This document shows, one piece after another, positions 63,002 through 64,000 of a DNA stretch of 64,000 bases. Made by a program: the position numbers and the translations under genes. The notes below the pieces were generated by a model. That model ran no database searches. It was given only the letters and a program-made list of their open reading frames with translations, and had not been told where the DNA came from. Location: assembly GCA_050288705.1 (NCBI GenBank), contig JBNKEI010000111.1, positions 5,872 through 69,871 of the forward strand, given 5' to 3'. Source of the stretch: Myxococcales bacterium (GTDB taxonomy: Bacteria; Myxococcota; Myxococcia; Myxococcales; UBA5297). The first letter of the stretch is position 1. Every line of letters begins with the position of its first letter.

Positions 63002-63445
63002 TCACCACCAAATGAATCTTCTGGTTTTCTCGTCTTTTTCCTTTTGTTTTTTCTCGAATAGGCTGCGTTTTTTCGCTGTTGATAAGGGAGCTAGTTGTTG
63101 CTGATTAGTAATGGATTCAGCAATTTTACGGCTTATTGCAGAACAAGAGAGGAGTAGTAAATGCTGATTAATTGTTTTCGAACAAAGAAAGACCAGAAAG
63201 GCGTGATCGATTGGCTTGACGATGATGCGTGATTTCTCGCAGCGCAAATCAAGCACTCCCATGGGGCCGGTTACTGTTTCTAACCCTACTAAACTATCTG
63301 CTAAAAACGTGGCCGCTTCCTGCATTATTTCTTTTTCGACAGATTGAAACAGGGAATGGGTTGCAACGATTTGGCCTTGGGAGTTGCAAACCATACTCCC
63401 TATTACTCCAGGAATTGAGTTTAGCTGGACTAGTAAACTGTCCAT
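63002..63445 (-). CDS. Roadblock/LC7 domain protein (MglB-like)
   Basis: LNSIPGVIGSMVCNSQGQIVA and the overall roadblock pattern, plus a Lys-rich tail. Confidence 0.7.
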   Translation of the reverse strand: MDSLLVQLNSIPGVIGSMVCNSQGQIVATHSLFQSVEKEIMQEAATFLADSLVGLETVTGPMGVLDLRCEKSRIIVKPIDHAFLVFLCSKTINQHLLLLSCSAISRKIAESITNQQQLAPLSTAKKRSLFEKKQKEKDEKTRRFIWW

Positions 63446-63453
63446 ATGTTCTC

Positions 63454-64000
63454 CTACGGGTTCCCGGAAAGAATTTTACGGATTTCTGAATCAACAATAC
63501 CTATTTGAGAATCTCCGCTCACCGACACGCTCAAATAGTGACTTTTAGACGAATATAGTAATAGATGTTTGCGTGTACCTTGTATGGAAACAAACAAAAC
63601 CTCTCCAGCTCGAAAAATCGAACTCAAACGATTGCTCATCATTGCTAGGTAAGATGCCTGGCCAGCAAGTTCCTCGGTGGCAAAACCATCGTTCACTATC
63701 GGTACGCCATCTTTGGTTTGAAGTGTCGAGTGAATAACTCCCGGAACGCGCTTTAGTCTCTTTATAATACTATTTGCGGTTACTGTTATTGGCTTATACA
63801 CTGCAGTATCAGGTTTGGGGGGATAGTTGTCTAAGCTAACCAGTGCAATTATCTCTTTGATGTTTTTATGAATCGTGTGACTGGTAGTGGTAACATTGAA
63901 TTGAATGTTAAAATGTCCTGTATGCCAATCAAGTATATTTTGGAGCGCTTCTTCGCCTATTGTTTTGCCTTGCTCGGCGTGAACAATATTTCCATCGCGA
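63454..64000 (-). CDS. DUF4388(PATAN)-Roadblock/LC7 fusion protein, 5'-partial (continues beyond window)
   Basis: The frame is open from the window edge: RDGNIVHAEQGKTIGEEALQNILDWHTGHFNIQ (DUF4388 signature G.eAl..ll.W..G.F). It runs into the ORF-track 63454..63801 roadblock domain (LKRVPGVIHSTLQTKDGVPIV). The GTG at 63801 is therefore probably internal. Confidence 0.65.
   Translation of the reverse strand, partial: RDGNIVHAEQGKTIGEEALQNILDWHTGHFNIQFNVTTTSHTIHKNIKEIIALVSLDNYPPKPDTAVYKPITVTANSIIKRLKRVPGVIHSTLQTKDGVPIVNDGFATEELAGQASYLAMMSNRLSSIFRAGEVLFVSIQGTRKHLLLYSSKSHYLSVSVSGDSQIGIVDSEIRKILSGNP

Noticed and set aside
1-64000. Prophage, integrative element or genomic island boundaries (integrase, transposase, tRNA-adjacent att sites near tRNA-Cys).
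   Set aside because: No integrase, transposase or phage structural genes were recognised anywhere. The DNA next to tRNA-Cys encodes only small hypotheticals, and I could find no direct repeat of the tRNA 3' end.

Overview
Chromosomal window from a bacterium with moderate GC content (not computed). It is densely coded and mostly housekeeping. I saw no rRNA, CRISPR array, transposase or integrase. Lineage cannot be assigned from sequence alone. The gene content (Hanks-type kinase, PilZ, Roadblock/DUF4388, T6SS-sheath-like protein, argF'-type arginine cluster) fits a deltaproteobacteria-like, Myxococcota or Bdellovibrionota-type organism.

Layout:
- 1-10.1 kb: surface-glycan locus (heparinase II/III-like, bi-domain oxidoreductase, CapK-like adenylating enzyme, three glycosyltransferases). 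It is interrupted by a DUF559 cassette, several copies of a GC-rich palindromic repeat family, and one duplication-flanked insertion.
- 10-16 kb: OmpR-type regulator, rnhB, PilZ, B12-radical SAM, WecG/TagA, and a SpoIIM-like gene, followed by a second duplication-flanked insertion.
- 16.3-18.1 kb: an orphan fused TssB-TssC sheath-like gene.
- 18-25 kb: asd, coaE, a nucleotidyltransferase/metallophosphoesterase pair, an NleD/M91-like effector protease, trpS, rimO.
- 25.5-34 kb, minus strand: one tight operon. It holds a Rex N-domain remnant, hydC-hydB-hydA (bifurcating-type [FeFe] hydrogenase), a hydrogenase-like sensor fused to a histidine kinase, a receiver protein, a receiver-kinase hybrid and a coiled-coil protein.
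- 34-43 kb: AI-2E transporter, ribA, rnr, Ser/Thr kinase plus TPR protein, tRNA-Cys, small hypotheticals.
- 43-51.6 kb: argR-argG-X-argC-argD-argF'-argB-argH, where X is an uncharacterised P-loop protein.
- 51.6-64 kb: MaoC-like hydratase, rel/spoT, Nudix, nadA, an unannotated 35-aa basic ORF, yacG, a PHP tyrosine phosphatase, an M16 peptidase, a HAMP kinase and Roadblock/DUF4388 genes.

Best candidates for new biology are the orphan TssBC fusion, the hydrogenase-sensor phosphorelay, and protein X in the arginine cluster. All family assignments come from motif recognition by eye. No searches were run.
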